Of a stretch of DNA of 64,000 nucleotides, positions 55,544 through 64,000 are shown piece by piece. Both the position numbers and the translations under genes were made by a program. Under the pieces are notes generated by a model that saw only the letters and a program-made list of their open reading frames with translations, did no database searches and was not told the DNA's origin. Within the stretch, counting starts at the first letter, position 1. Every line of letters starts with the position of its first letter. The stretch is from a virus. Its lineage: Duplodnaviria; Caudoviricetes. The stretch is taken from the IMG/VR virus record IMGVR_UViG_3300017912_004409, positions 1-64,000 of that record; one strand, written 5' to 3'.

Positions 55544-55922
55544 GTGAATAGAATGCTTTACGCATTTTATAAGCAATTAATAATTCAATAATATTACATT
55601 CAATTTCTTTGCATGCCATGGCTTGGTAAATTAAAAGCCATGCATTATTCCAACAGTCTTCTACATTAGAAGGCTGTTTTTCTTTTAAACTAAACAAGAA
55701 AACCCATTGAGGGTGCATGGGCCGAACAGGTCTTTTTCTAGACGGTATATTAATTGTTCCGTCTTCATTCCACTTGAATTGTTTTAATTGGTCGGGCTTT
55801 ACTCCAAAGGTTGCTAACATGCCGTAAAACCATGCTAGTTTATTATTTTTTTTGCTTTTACAAAGTTTAAAATAATCATCAACAATGCGTTGATCAACAG
55901 GCGGAGAAACGTGATGAGTCAT
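55482..55922 (-). CDS. Truncated, catalytically degenerate tyrosine-recombinase-like protein
   Basis: WFYGMLATFGVKPDQL versus cyanobacterial integrase GMLATYGLRPHE; ELLIAYKMR versus DLRHAYAIR. Confidence 0.55.
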   Translation of the reverse strand: MTHHVSPPVDQRIVDDYFKLCKSKKNNKLAWFYGMLATFGVKPDQLKQFKWNEDGTINIPSRKRPVRPMHPQWVFLFSLKEKQPSNVEDCWNNAWLLIYQAMACKEIECNIIELLIAYKMRKAFYSPKQKLNKKFVRTPELSPSHS

Positions 55923-56014
55923 AAAACCATAAAGCGAACTTCAGTTAGGCAAAGACTAGCAAAGCAAACACCGGTAACGCAGCCATATATTTGCTTATAA
56001 GTATATACTATACA

Positions 56015-57685
56015 TCAAGGTTTATATTCCTGATTGTTCTTATCAAACATTGTGAAATTTTCAATTTTAATATCATTCGTAGCAATATTAAATATTTTTT
56101 GCATCATTGGAAATAATATAGGAGACTGACAATTATACGGAGGTACATCCATTTTTGATAAACCTCTTTCATTTAATAACATGTTATATGCGGACATTTC
56201 CTCTTTTTCGGTTTTTAAAACTAAGTTCTGTTCCCATTCAACCATGCCCATTACACCTACTGGAAAGTCAGAAGGCTCTGGCGGAAACAAGGAATCTTTA
56301 AATTTCAATGCATAAATATGTTTGCAATAACGCATCTCATCTAGTAAAGGTGTCCAAACATCGGTTAATTCTATAAGTTCATCTTGAGCTACAGAACTAG
56401 AATCAGGTCTTGTTACTGATGTTTTATAATCTTCAAATTTTGGATAACCTTCTGGTCTTGAACCAGCTATTGATATATCTGTTGTACTTCTCAAATAAGT
56501 AGAGCCAAATTCTACATACACACCAGGATTATCTCTAGGTGTTAATCTATTCTCTTGAGTTAAATTTGTAACTTCATAATCAATATCAAATCCTTCTGGA
56601 TATGTAATTTTTAAGCCTCTATTAACATCTGCTTTTGTCATTGCCCTATTATCTGTATTGCCATTGTTTTCAACAATATCAACACGACCGGGCTTAACAC
56701 TTGCTATTTTATTTCTAGGGAATAATTTTTTATTACTCTGCTTAACAGTTGTTTCTAAAAATGCATAATCTCTTCTAGTAAAATCTTGACAAGTACAACT
56801 ATATCTAGGTCCTGTTATTAAAAATCTACCCGTTTCAAATGGTACAGGAGAAGGTGTTAAGAAAACAGCATCAGGAGTTACATATACTGAACCTGCTTTT
56901 TTAAAAGTTAAAATACCTGTTTCTTCTGCAATGTTAATAACAATAGCTTGCATATAGCCATATCTTTTTTGATTTGCTGGATTAATAGTATTTTTATCAA
57001 TAATTTCTCCACCTTTTTCTACAATTCGATCTTCAAAAATTTCAGTATTGGCAGGTTTACTACCTGAGGGTTGACCCTCTACCTCAATAAAGAAAGGTGC
57101 CGGAAGTTTATTGTCTGGCCCCCAATTACCGGCCAGTTTTACATACCAATAATTTTGATCTTCAGTTACACTTTCAATGAATAAATTCTTTCCTGTATTC
57201 GGATCTGTGAATTGATCACATCTAATAGATCCTGCATAACGCCATAATGCCCAATGTATTCCAAATTCTTTGTTTTTTGTTGGAAATCCAACAAAAGCTC
57301 CTGAGATAATTGGAACAGGATTTGTTACCGTGCCAGGGCCTACTGAATCTTCTAAAGCAAAAAATTCTAAATCTTCATACAATAAAACGTCATTATTATC
57401 TTCAAGCGCCATAAAAATACCACTAACTGGTATAGGCGACAATGGATCAGGAATTTGGTATCTAAACGGATATGTAATATCGTAATTATAAGCTTCTGCT
57501 GTAGCAATCTCATAGCCTCTGCGCCAACGCGCCCAGGCAGATTCTCTATTGGCAGTTGCAATAGAGTTTGGAACCGAGCCTTTAGAAAACTCAGTGGTTA
57601 TAGCATTTACTTCTTGTGGTTTAAATTTTTCGGCTTTTGAAAAAGAGTCAAAAGAACCAAAAGAACTTCCACTCTTTTTAGGCAT
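56015..57685 (-). CDS. Hypothetical structural-module protein with split SWIM-like motif
   Basis: YSCTCQDF ... ~150 aa ... YCKHIYA. Confidence 0.55.
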   Translation of the reverse strand: MPKKSGSSFGSFDSFSKAEKFKPQEVNAITTEFSKGSVPNSIATANRESAWARWRRGYEIATAEAYNYDITYPFRYQIPDPLSPIPVSGIFMALEDNNDVLLYEDLEFFALEDSVGPGTVTNPVPIISGAFVGFPTKNKEFGIHWALWRYAGSIRCDQFTDPNTGKNLFIESVTEDQNYWYVKLAGNWGPDNKLPAPFFIEVEGQPSGSKPANTEIFEDRIVEKGGEIIDKNTINPANQKRYGYMQAIVINIAEETGILTFKKAGSVYVTPDAVFLTPSPVPFETGRFLITGPRYSCTCQDFTRRDYAFLETTVKQSNKKLFPRNKIASVKPGRVDIVENNGNTDNRAMTKADVNRGLKITYPEGFDIDYEVTNLTQENRLTPRDNPGVYVEFGSTYLRSTTDISIAGSRPEGYPKFEDYKTSVTRPDSSSVAQDELIELTDVWTPLLDEMRYCKHIYALKFKDSLFPPEPSDFPVGVMGMVEWEQNLVLKTEKEEMSAYNMLLNERGLSKMDVPPYNCQSPILFPMMQKIFNIATNDIKIENFTMFDKNNQEYKP

Positions 57686-57687
57686 TT

Positions 57688-58470
57688 TTAGAATAGGCCA
57701 CCCTGGGCGTAAACGTGCGCTCCTTGTGTATAACCTGAAATATTTACAGTATCTGCAAATACTCCTACATACAGACGATCTCCTCTTTCCAAGTAAATGC
57801 CTTTATTTCTCATTGGAGCAGTTTCACCTAGTCCTGTAGTGTTTCCTGCAGTGGGAATTGGTGCAGCCAATGGGGGCATAATATCTGAACAATCAACTTT
57901 ATCTGTATTTGCTGGAACAGTTTTTGCAAATAAAACTTTGTAATCACCACTTGCAGGAATTGGTGTTGTGGTTCCTCGCGTTTGATAAAACACAAATGTA
58001 ACAGCAGGCATATAGCCATGAGCTACACCGCTATAAGCAAAGCCATCAGCTGTACCACCTGTATAGTGAATTGCTGTATTAACACCAGTCAAAGCTGATG
58101 CACCTGTATAAAAATAATAACCATAACCACTGGCTGCAGCGGTGCCTGTAATAACAGTTGCGTCTTCAACAAATACGCTTTGTCCACTAGTTAAATACAA
58201 TACATCTCCTGATGTACTTGCATTTACAGTGTAATCAGGCGCACTATAAAATTGATTTCTAACAATTGAAATAGAATCTATAACACCGCCGTTGTTATTG
58301 TCATCTTCTAAGTTGGCGTCCATATCAACTAAGACAGATGGAGCTTGTCCACCTTGGACAAAAAGAGTTGCGCCGTCTCTAGATCCTACTGTCTGAGTTG
58401 TGACTCTTACAGCGTCAAATAATGGACGATCTACAAATACTGGCTGTTTGTTTGAAGATGTAGAAGACAC
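57688..58470 (-). CDS. Putative virion (tail) protein
   Basis: 260 aa, Thr/Gly-rich, structural block. Confidence 0.5.
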   Translation of the reverse strand: MSSTSSNKQPVFVDRPLFDAVRVTTQTVGSRDGATLFVQGGQAPSVLVDMDANLEDDNNNGGVIDSISIVRNQFYSAPDYTVNASTSGDVLYLTSGQSVFVEDATVITGTAAASGYGYYFYTGASALTGVNTAIHYTGGTADGFAYSGVAHGYMPAVTFVFYQTRGTTTPIPASGDYKVLFAKTVPANTDKVDCSDIMPPLAAPIPTAGNTTGLGETAPMRNKGIYLERGDRLYVGVFADTVNISGYTQGAHVYAQGGLF

Positions 58471-58505
58471 TTTTGATTTCTCTTAGTAAAACAATTTTAA
58501 CTTAT

Positions 58506-59192
58506 TTATCTTGATAAAAACCTTAATGGATCAAACCCTTGTAAAAAATTTGGAACCATTGGTGTTATAGGAACACCAGGGATTATTGAACTATTTTTCT
58601 TTATTGCATCCATCAAAAAATTACTCAAAAATTTGCCAGTTGATCTATTGCTAGTAGAAACAGGCTTTGTTTTAATTGTGGGTTTTGGTTGATTATCACT
58701 TAAAGAAACAATTGTTTTAGGATTTCCTAATTCCATTTCATATCTTTTTTGTAAATCTTTTAAAGATTTAACAGGTTGATCATAAAAACTTTTACCTTCT
58801 TCTGTTGGCAAAGAAGCCCATTCAGGCGCAAGAGCAGGAAGAACCTCTTGTAAAGATGCTCCTTCCATTATTTTGCTAATAGGATATCTTTTATCAATTA
58901 AATAACTTGCTGCAAGATCTTGATTTGTTGGACCAAAATCACTTAAATTTAATGCTTTTTGTGCCATGCCCCATGTATTAGGCATGAATTGATATGCTCC
59001 TGCAGCGGCACTAGCATAACCACCTGAACGATTTACAACATCTGGATGTTTACTAAAGTCATCAAAATAGTCATATCCAAATATTGTTTTATAGCCTTTA
59101 TCACCTGTTGTTCCTTCTGCGTAACGAATTGTATTCAAGAGGGCTCTTCCTCTTGGTGATTGAACAAAACTAATGTATTTATCTTGGTTCAT
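58506..59192 (-). CDS. Lambda R-type lysozyme/lytic transglycosylase
   Basis: ALLNTIRYAEGT; SAAAGAYQF...TW; FGP.NQD.AA; EWASLP. Confidence 0.9.
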   Translation of the reverse strand: MNQDKYISFVQSPRGRALLNTIRYAEGTTGDKGYKTIFGYDYFDDFSKHPDVVNRSGGYASAAAGAYQFMPNTWGMAQKALNLSDFGPTNQDLAASYLIDKRYPISKIMEGASLQEVLPALAPEWASLPTEEGKSFYDQPVKSLKDLQKRYEMELGNPKTIVSLSDNQPKPTIKTKPVSTSNRSTGKFLSNFLMDAIKKNSSIIPGVPITPMVPNFLQGFDPLRFLSR

Positions 59193-60271
59193 TCTTTATT
59201 TGCCTCCATGAGTTTTTTATATTTTTGCATAAAATCTTGAGCTTCGATTGCTAATTCTTCTTGTTGAGCATCTCTTTGTAATGCTTCTGGAGACAATGGA
59301 GAACCTGCAAGCCCAGGGAAATTAGCTCTCCATTGTGCTAAACCTAAATCAGTTACTCTATTTAGATCTTGTTGTGTTCCTTGTTGTATAGCTGCTTGTC
59401 TTGCTTGATCATATAAATTATTACCCGCAATATTGCCCATTTCCTGTCCGGGGACTGAAGGAGCTGTGACAATTACTGGCGCGTTATTTTGTAAAATGAA
59501 ACTGTCACTAAGTTGTGAAAGTGAAGAAGTATCTACTGCAGGAGGAACAGGATCTAATACAGGAGGAACAGGATCTACTGCATCTTGTAATTGTTGGCCA
59601 AATACAGTATTAGCTGCTTGTTCAAGTGTTATACCTTGGGGCATAGTTGGTTGAACTTGTTCTAAACGAACAGGAGGACTAACCATGTTTTGATATTGTC
59701 GTTGTAAAAATCCAATTGGATTTGCAAAGTTTTCTTTAATTTGTTCGCCTTGAGGTGTACGAAGATATTTTCCTAAAGCAACTGCACGTTCCCCTATAAT
59801 TGGTCCAAGTGTAAGTCCTGTCCCTACAGCTCCGCCCATTAAAGCCATAGGTCCACGTAGAAGACCTCCGAAATTTCTTACAGGTACATTTCTTGGTAGA
59901 CCACCTTTCATGAATTGCCTTGTTAAGGCAGGATCTCCAACATAAGGACCTGATGTTGGAGCCGGACCTGTAATAGTTGGTGGAATAATATTACGAGATG
60001 TAGGATTTCCGATGGTTGGTGCCGTGACACCACTACCTAAACGATTGATAGGATTTGCTGGTCCAACTCCTCTTTGTCTTGCTGCATCGATATTGAGAAC
60101 CCCTTGTGCTCTTGCACGATCTAATGATGCTCTTCCACTTGGATCACTAACGATATCGCTAAGAGCACCAGTGGCACTGGTTGACATCTGACCAGGATTA
60201 AACCCTGCAGGAGGTTTAATTCCTAATCTTGCAAAAGCATCTGTAAGAAATCGATAATCTTGATAAGGCAT
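59189..60271 (-). CDS. Putative virion protein, Pro/Gly-rich
   Basis: 360 aa with central GxxxG segment. Confidence 0.5.
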   Translation of the reverse strand: MPYQDYRFLTDAFARLGIKPPAGFNPGQMSTSATGALSDIVSDPSGRASLDRARAQGVLNIDAARQRGVGPANPINRLGSGVTAPTIGNPTSRNIIPPTITGPAPTSGPYVGDPALTRQFMKGGLPRNVPVRNFGGLLRGPMALMGGAVGTGLTLGPIIGERAVALGKYLRTPQGEQIKENFANPIGFLQRQYQNMVSPPVRLEQVQPTMPQGITLEQAANTVFGQQLQDAVDPVPPVLDPVPPAVDTSSLSQLSDSFILQNNAPVIVTAPSVPGQEMGNIAGNNLYDQARQAAIQQGTQQDLNRVTDLGLAQWRANFPGLAGSPLSPEALQRDAQQEELAIEAQDFMQKYKKLMEANKE

Positions 60272-60283
60272 TGGTGGGCAACC

Positions 60284-60745
60284 TCAACGTAAATTGTCTC
60301 TTAAGTACAGGCGAGAACCAACAGCAGTGTCAGCTGGTCCGGGTAATGCCTGAATAAATTCAGCACCAGATCGATCAAACCGATAACGCGCCTGGAATGG
60401 ATCCTTGTAGTTTGGAACGTACAGGATGCCAGCAAGACGATTGGTTTCGTATAAATAGATTTCATCCCAAACCTTTAAGGCTTCCTTGGCATTACTAGAT
60501 CTGATCGTTCTATCAACGTCACCTAGAATACTTTCGATTCTTGTTGATGGTGAAGTTGCAACTTCTGTCTTTTTCTCTGCCGTATCACAACGACTAATTT
60601 GTATTGTAATTTTATCGTAAAAGAATGAATCAGGAATAGTGTTCATCGCTTCTTCCAAGCGGGCATAATCACCGGCTGGAACAGAAACAGTAAAATATCC
60701 TAAGTGATATCTTACTCTGCTTTTATCAAAATCTGATAACTCCAC
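60284..60745 (-). CDS. Putative head-tail adaptor
   Basis: 153 aa; N-terminal LSDFDKSRVRYHLGY; position downstream of the capsid gene. Confidence 0.45.
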   Translation of the reverse strand: MELSDFDKSRVRYHLGYFTVSVPAGDYARLEEAMNTIPDSFFYDKITIQISRCDTAEKKTEVATSPSTRIESILGDVDRTIRSSNAKEALKVWDEIYLYETNRLAGILYVPNYKDPFQARYRFDRSGAEFIQALPGPADTAVGSRLYLRDNLR

Positions 60746-60769
60746 TAGTTCTTGACATCCGTTTTATTA

Positions 60770-61180
60770 TTATACTCTCACTAAATCAGCAGCAAAAACC
60801 GCTCCCCAATCTACGCGTTTTATTTGCTTCAATTGTTCAAGATTTGTGAATCTTTCTCCTTGTAAACTCATTTGTAAATCTTTAATTTCTTTTGCTGTTT
60901 TAATGCCAATCCCTTTAATATGATCTGCAATCATTTGAGGAGTTGCACCGTTAATATTTAAACGCATATCAGGGGGAAAATTTCTTGGCTCTTCTTTTGA
61001 AGCCTTATCTTTTACTTGCAATGTTTTGACTTTTTTTGTTGCAGGTTCATCTGCTTTTAATTCTGTTTTATAAACGTGAGAAAGGCGACCGTCCTGGTCT
61101 TCGACCAGGAACCAATCGCCTTCATCTAACTCACTAATAATTCTAACCCGAGCGCCTGTTTTAATATGTTGATAGAGCAT
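60770..61180 (-). CDS. Helix-hairpin-helix (ComEA-like) protein
   Basis: LNINGAT...IKGIGIKTAKEI...F..LEQL..I. Confidence 0.75.
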   Translation of the reverse strand: MLYQHIKTGARVRIISELDEGDWFLVEDQDGRLSHVYKTELKADEPATKKVKTLQVKDKASKEEPRNFPPDMRLNINGATPQMIADHIKGIGIKTAKEIKDLQMSLQGERFTNLEQLKQIKRVDWGAVFAADLVRV

Positions 61181-61230
61181 GAACCCAGAATGATTTGTTC
61201 TGGTCCATATTCTAGCCTAACAAATTAACT

Positions 61231-62028
61231 TCAGGAAACAGTTCGGTTGGCTAAATATTCTTCAAGATCAGAGTAATCCGGTGCATTGTCAGGAACAATG
61301 TAGCAGATTTCTACAAGCAGATAACCTTTTAAACCTGCGTTGTAATCAGCATCAGAGATGTAGAAACCACCGGAGGTACTAGTTCCATTGGCTGTGCCTT
61401 TTGCAAACACTTTCATGGTGGTTGCATCAGTTGCTTCGTAATGAACCTTGCCGGGGGCCACACCAGTTGCGCCGGTTGCAGTCAGGAAAGGATGAGTACC
61501 GAAAGCTTGGGAAGTGCCGGAGAAGAAAATCTTCGTAGCAGCATCGCCAGAAACAGTAGAAGTCAGGTTAGCCTGAATAACACCCTCGCCAACCCCAGAG
61601 GCAGCAGTAGGACCACTGGAATCACGGCCGAAAGAAATGACGTTACCAGTAGCTGCATACACACCTGAAGAAACACGGCCATCGTTCCAGCCTTGGGCTA
61701 CGGAGATTGCGGTGCGGTAAACGTAAGCAGGTTGAGTGCTGCTGCCAGAGATCACCATACCGGTGATATCAGGACGGGTATCGTCGTTTCTATAGGGAGA
61801 AGGAACGATCACATTGCCAGTTGCAATAGCGTCGCCTGAAGCAACAGCCACTTCAACATAGCCTCTTTGTTGATAGTAACGATAACCAGGGGTGGCTAAA
61901 ACAGAAGTAGGACCGCCCTTGGAAGCGTTGTTGGTGCCATCATCGTTGGTATCAATGTTTTTATACCAACCGTTGAGTGCTTCTACCCAGTTACCAGGGT
62001 AAATTCTTTTGGTGGACAGGTAGCTCAT
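61231..62028 (-). CDS. Putative capsid decoration or tail-tube protein
   Basis: Directly after the capsid gene with the same GC-rich codon bias. Confidence 0.5.
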   Translation of the reverse strand: MSYLSTKRIYPGNWVEALNGWYKNIDTNDDGTNNASKGGPTSVLATPGYRYYQQRGYVEVAVASGDAIATGNVIVPSPYRNDDTRPDITGMVISGSSTQPAYVYRTAISVAQGWNDGRVSSGVYAATGNVISFGRDSSGPTAASGVGEGVIQANLTSTVSGDAATKIFFSGTSQAFGTHPFLTATGATGVAPGKVHYEATDATTMKVFAKGTANGTSTSGGFYISDADYNAGLKGYLLVEICYIVPDNAPDYSDLEEYLANRTVS

Positions 62029-62059
62029 TTATGGTCTCCTATATAAGGTTTACTAAAAA

Positions 62060-63226
62060 TCAAAGTATACCGTCATCAGCCACAAAGCTGAAGCCAGTGG
62101 TAACGAAATCCTTATTCAGAATTTCAAAACCAGCATAAAGCTGCCAAATCAGGATGATGAAGCGGCTGAAGTCATCGTTATTGTTGATGAGAACCTGAGC
62201 ATTAGGGCCGCCAACGCCAACGCCAACCGATTGAGGACCGAAGAAGAAACCTTGAGCAACTTCTTGGGAAGAAAATGCACCGCCATCATCGAAAGAAGCA
62301 GTGATGTTCTTGGTCGGGAAGTTGGTAGACTCGAAGAACTTAACACCTTCAAACTGGACACCAGTAGGCATCACAGGCTCGCCAGCAAGGAAGTAACCTT
62401 GACCAGCCTGGGGACCCATGTAGAAGCTGGAGTTGTTAGGCATCATGGGGTTGCCGCCCATGTACATGCCCTGCCCGGGATTGCCTGCATAACGAGCAAT
62501 CTCGCGGAAGTCGGGATCACGACGCAGGTGCAGCATAAACACGGGATCGCAGATGCAACGATACATACCATCAGAGAAGGTAGGAACGTTACGCTTACGC
62601 AGATCCTTAACAACATTCAGCAGGTCAGTACGCACAGAGAACTGCTGAGTTTGAGCGGCATATTCAATAGCAGTGTAGGAAACACGACCGCTAGAATCCT
62701 TGACTTTGCCGCCAGCAAAATAGTAACCGCCTTGGCTGGTTGAAGCAGCGCCATTAGCTTCGGCTTTGGCCAGTTCGTCGATGAAGACGCGATCACGCCA
62801 ACGACGATAGTCGTCCAGGAGCGTCAGAGAACCGATTGACTGGTGGAACATATTCAGATTACCGGTGTCCAGCAGCAAGCGCTGAGCGGTAATCAGGGTT
62901 TCACGAGCAATCTTAAAGGTGGAAGGTTGGGTGGGATCACCCGGATCTGCGGGACCGGTGTATTCCTTCAGCACAACAAGCACCTTCTCTTTGGTGATGT
63001 TACGGCTGTTGGCGGTACCGATGGTCTGGTCAGCAATACGCTCGCGGCTGTCCTTCGTGCCGGGGGCACCCCAGAACTTGTAGCGATCTAATTGAACAGT
63101 TTGACCAGGTTGGCGTGAGAAGTCGTGAACCACAACCGGCTCAACGGCCATTTCACAGATATAAGCCGGGTGGGGACGATAAAGTTCCGCACCTAGAATC
63201 TTTGGGAAATCGTTATCAATGAACAC
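62060..63226 (-). CDS. Major capsid protein (HK97 fold)
   Basis: 388 aa; GVQFEGVKFFESTN; DDFSRFIILIWQLYAGF; GGA/GAGG RBS; highly-expressed codon bias. Confidence 0.8.
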   Translation of the reverse strand: MFIDNDFPKILGAELYRPHPAYICEMAVEPVVVHDFSRQPGQTVQLDRYKFWGAPGTKDSRERIADQTIGTANSRNITKEKVLVVLKEYTGPADPGDPTQPSTFKIARETLITAQRLLLDTGNLNMFHQSIGSLTLLDDYRRWRDRVFIDELAKAEANGAASTSQGGYYFAGGKVKDSSGRVSYTAIEYAAQTQQFSVRTDLLNVVKDLRKRNVPTFSDGMYRCICDPVFMLHLRRDPDFREIARYAGNPGQGMYMGGNPMMPNNSSFYMGPQAGQGYFLAGEPVMPTGVQFEGVKFFESTNFPTKNITASFDDGGAFSSQEVAQGFFFGPQSVGVGVGGPNAQVLINNNDDFSRFIILIWQLYAGFEILNKDFVTTGFSFVADDGIL

Positions 63227-63320
63227 TTTAGTTTATCCTCCAGTGTCTCAGTGTGTGTAATTGATCAAAAGATTAAGACCGTTGTGTCTATATCTATTGA
63301 AATTTTACCAGGCGTTAATT

Positions 63321-63875
63321 TTAGTAATAGCCTAGCGTTGTTTGGGCAGCTCTTGCCCCCCTGGTGTTACTTGAGCCGTAGTTTTCAGGATCAATAGATT
63401 GTTGGAATCCAGGTACACCTAAAGAACCTGGAATAGCACCTGCAGCAACACCTCCTAAACCAGCAACAAGTGCTGATGCTGGAACTGCCATACCTGCTAT
63501 GCCTTTGCCGACTGCTCTGTCACTTAAGTTCATTTGAGCAATTCGATCAGCAACATTAGTTGCTTGGTTAGCCAGTTGTCTGCCAGCTGTTGCTCTGATG
63601 CCTTTTTCTCTATTTGCTGGTAAATTTCCAACCATATCTTCAAGTCTTATTCCGCCTTGAAGAATTCTTTCAGTTGCATCTTTTTGTGCATTTCGTATGG
63701 CAGGGGCATATTTACCAGCAAGTTCTCTAGCTCCAAGTAAACCAGCTGCACCGCCTAATGTTCCAGCTACGCCTGCTAAAAATGCGGAGCCAGGATCTTC
63801 GCCTTGCATTAAGGCGTAGCCTCCTGTACCTATGCCTGCAACAGCTGGAATACCATATTTAAGTAGGCCGCGCAT
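63321..63875 (-). CDS. Glycine-zipper putative virion/membrane protein
   Basis: AGVAGTLGGAAGLLG; LVAGLGGVAAGAIPG. Confidence 0.55.
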   Translation of the reverse strand: MRGLLKYGIPAVAGIGTGGYALMQGEDPGSAFLAGVAGTLGGAAGLLGARELAGKYAPAIRNAQKDATERILQGGIRLEDMVGNLPANREKGIRATAGRQLANQATNVADRIAQMNLSDRAVGKGIAGMAVPASALVAGLGGVAAGAIPGSLGVPGFQQSIDPENYGSSNTRGARAAQTTLGYY

Positions 63876-63879
63876 AACC

Positions 63880-64000
63880 TCACTCCATTACAAACAATTT
63901 GTTAGCAACAGTATTGGGCTGAGCTTGATTAAGGATCCTCCAGGCTTGCTGAGGATCTCTATTCATTTGTTCACTAAAAGTATTCCAGAAATTCTGGGGT
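63880..64000 (-). CDS. 3' end of an ORF entering from the right edge (possible scaffold)
   Basis: ...FWNTFSEQMNRDPQQAWRILNQAQPNTVANKLFVME*. Confidence 0.45.
   Translation of the reverse strand, partial: PQNFWNTFSEQMNRDPQQAWRILNQAQPNTVANKLFVME

Noticed and set aside
28380-63320. TA(A/G/T/C)AAT boxes upstream of many late genes as a phage late promoter
   Set aside because: Recurrent by eye but not separable from the AT-rich background without an enrichment test (MEME with a matched background).

Overview
64 kb of an AT-rich tailed cyanophage genome, probably infecting freshwater picocyanobacteria. From memory, not a search, the gene set resembles the S-EIV1 lineage. Layout: (i) 1-6153, minus-strand virion/ejection-type genes; (ii) ~6475-7130, a non-coding strand switch with tandem repeats, possibly the genome end or origin; (iii) 7.1-25 kb, plus-strand early/middle genes (many small ORFs, PcfJ-like, GP88-like, family A DNA polymerase, tandem-OB SSB, three tRNAs); (iv) 25-39 kb, Dps, exonuclease, Prim-Pol/SF3 primase-helicase, four glycosyltransferases, a methyltransferase and an endolysin; (v) 39-64 kb, a 1910-aa repetitive tail fibre, dCTP deaminase, NblA-like gene, a 1751-aa acidic protein, lambda-type lysozyme and major capsid protein. 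No terminase, portal, RNA polymerase, reverse transcriptase or CRISPR array is visible. The main unexplained signal is four families of repeated intergenic elements (15 copies) that punctuate the early/middle genes. They show compensatory base changes, so they are probably structured RNAs: tRNA-like junction plus pseudoknot, bistable UNCG hairpin, TAAAC-loop H-type pseudoknot, and TAAGY-bulged hairpin. Two families begin exactly on the upstream TGA stop, and two sit 21-31 nt before a start codon. Other points: an apparently catalytically dead tyrosine recombinase and Dam-like methyltransferase, two NblA-like genes, antisense islands missed by the ORF track, and a short-arm tRNA-Leu.
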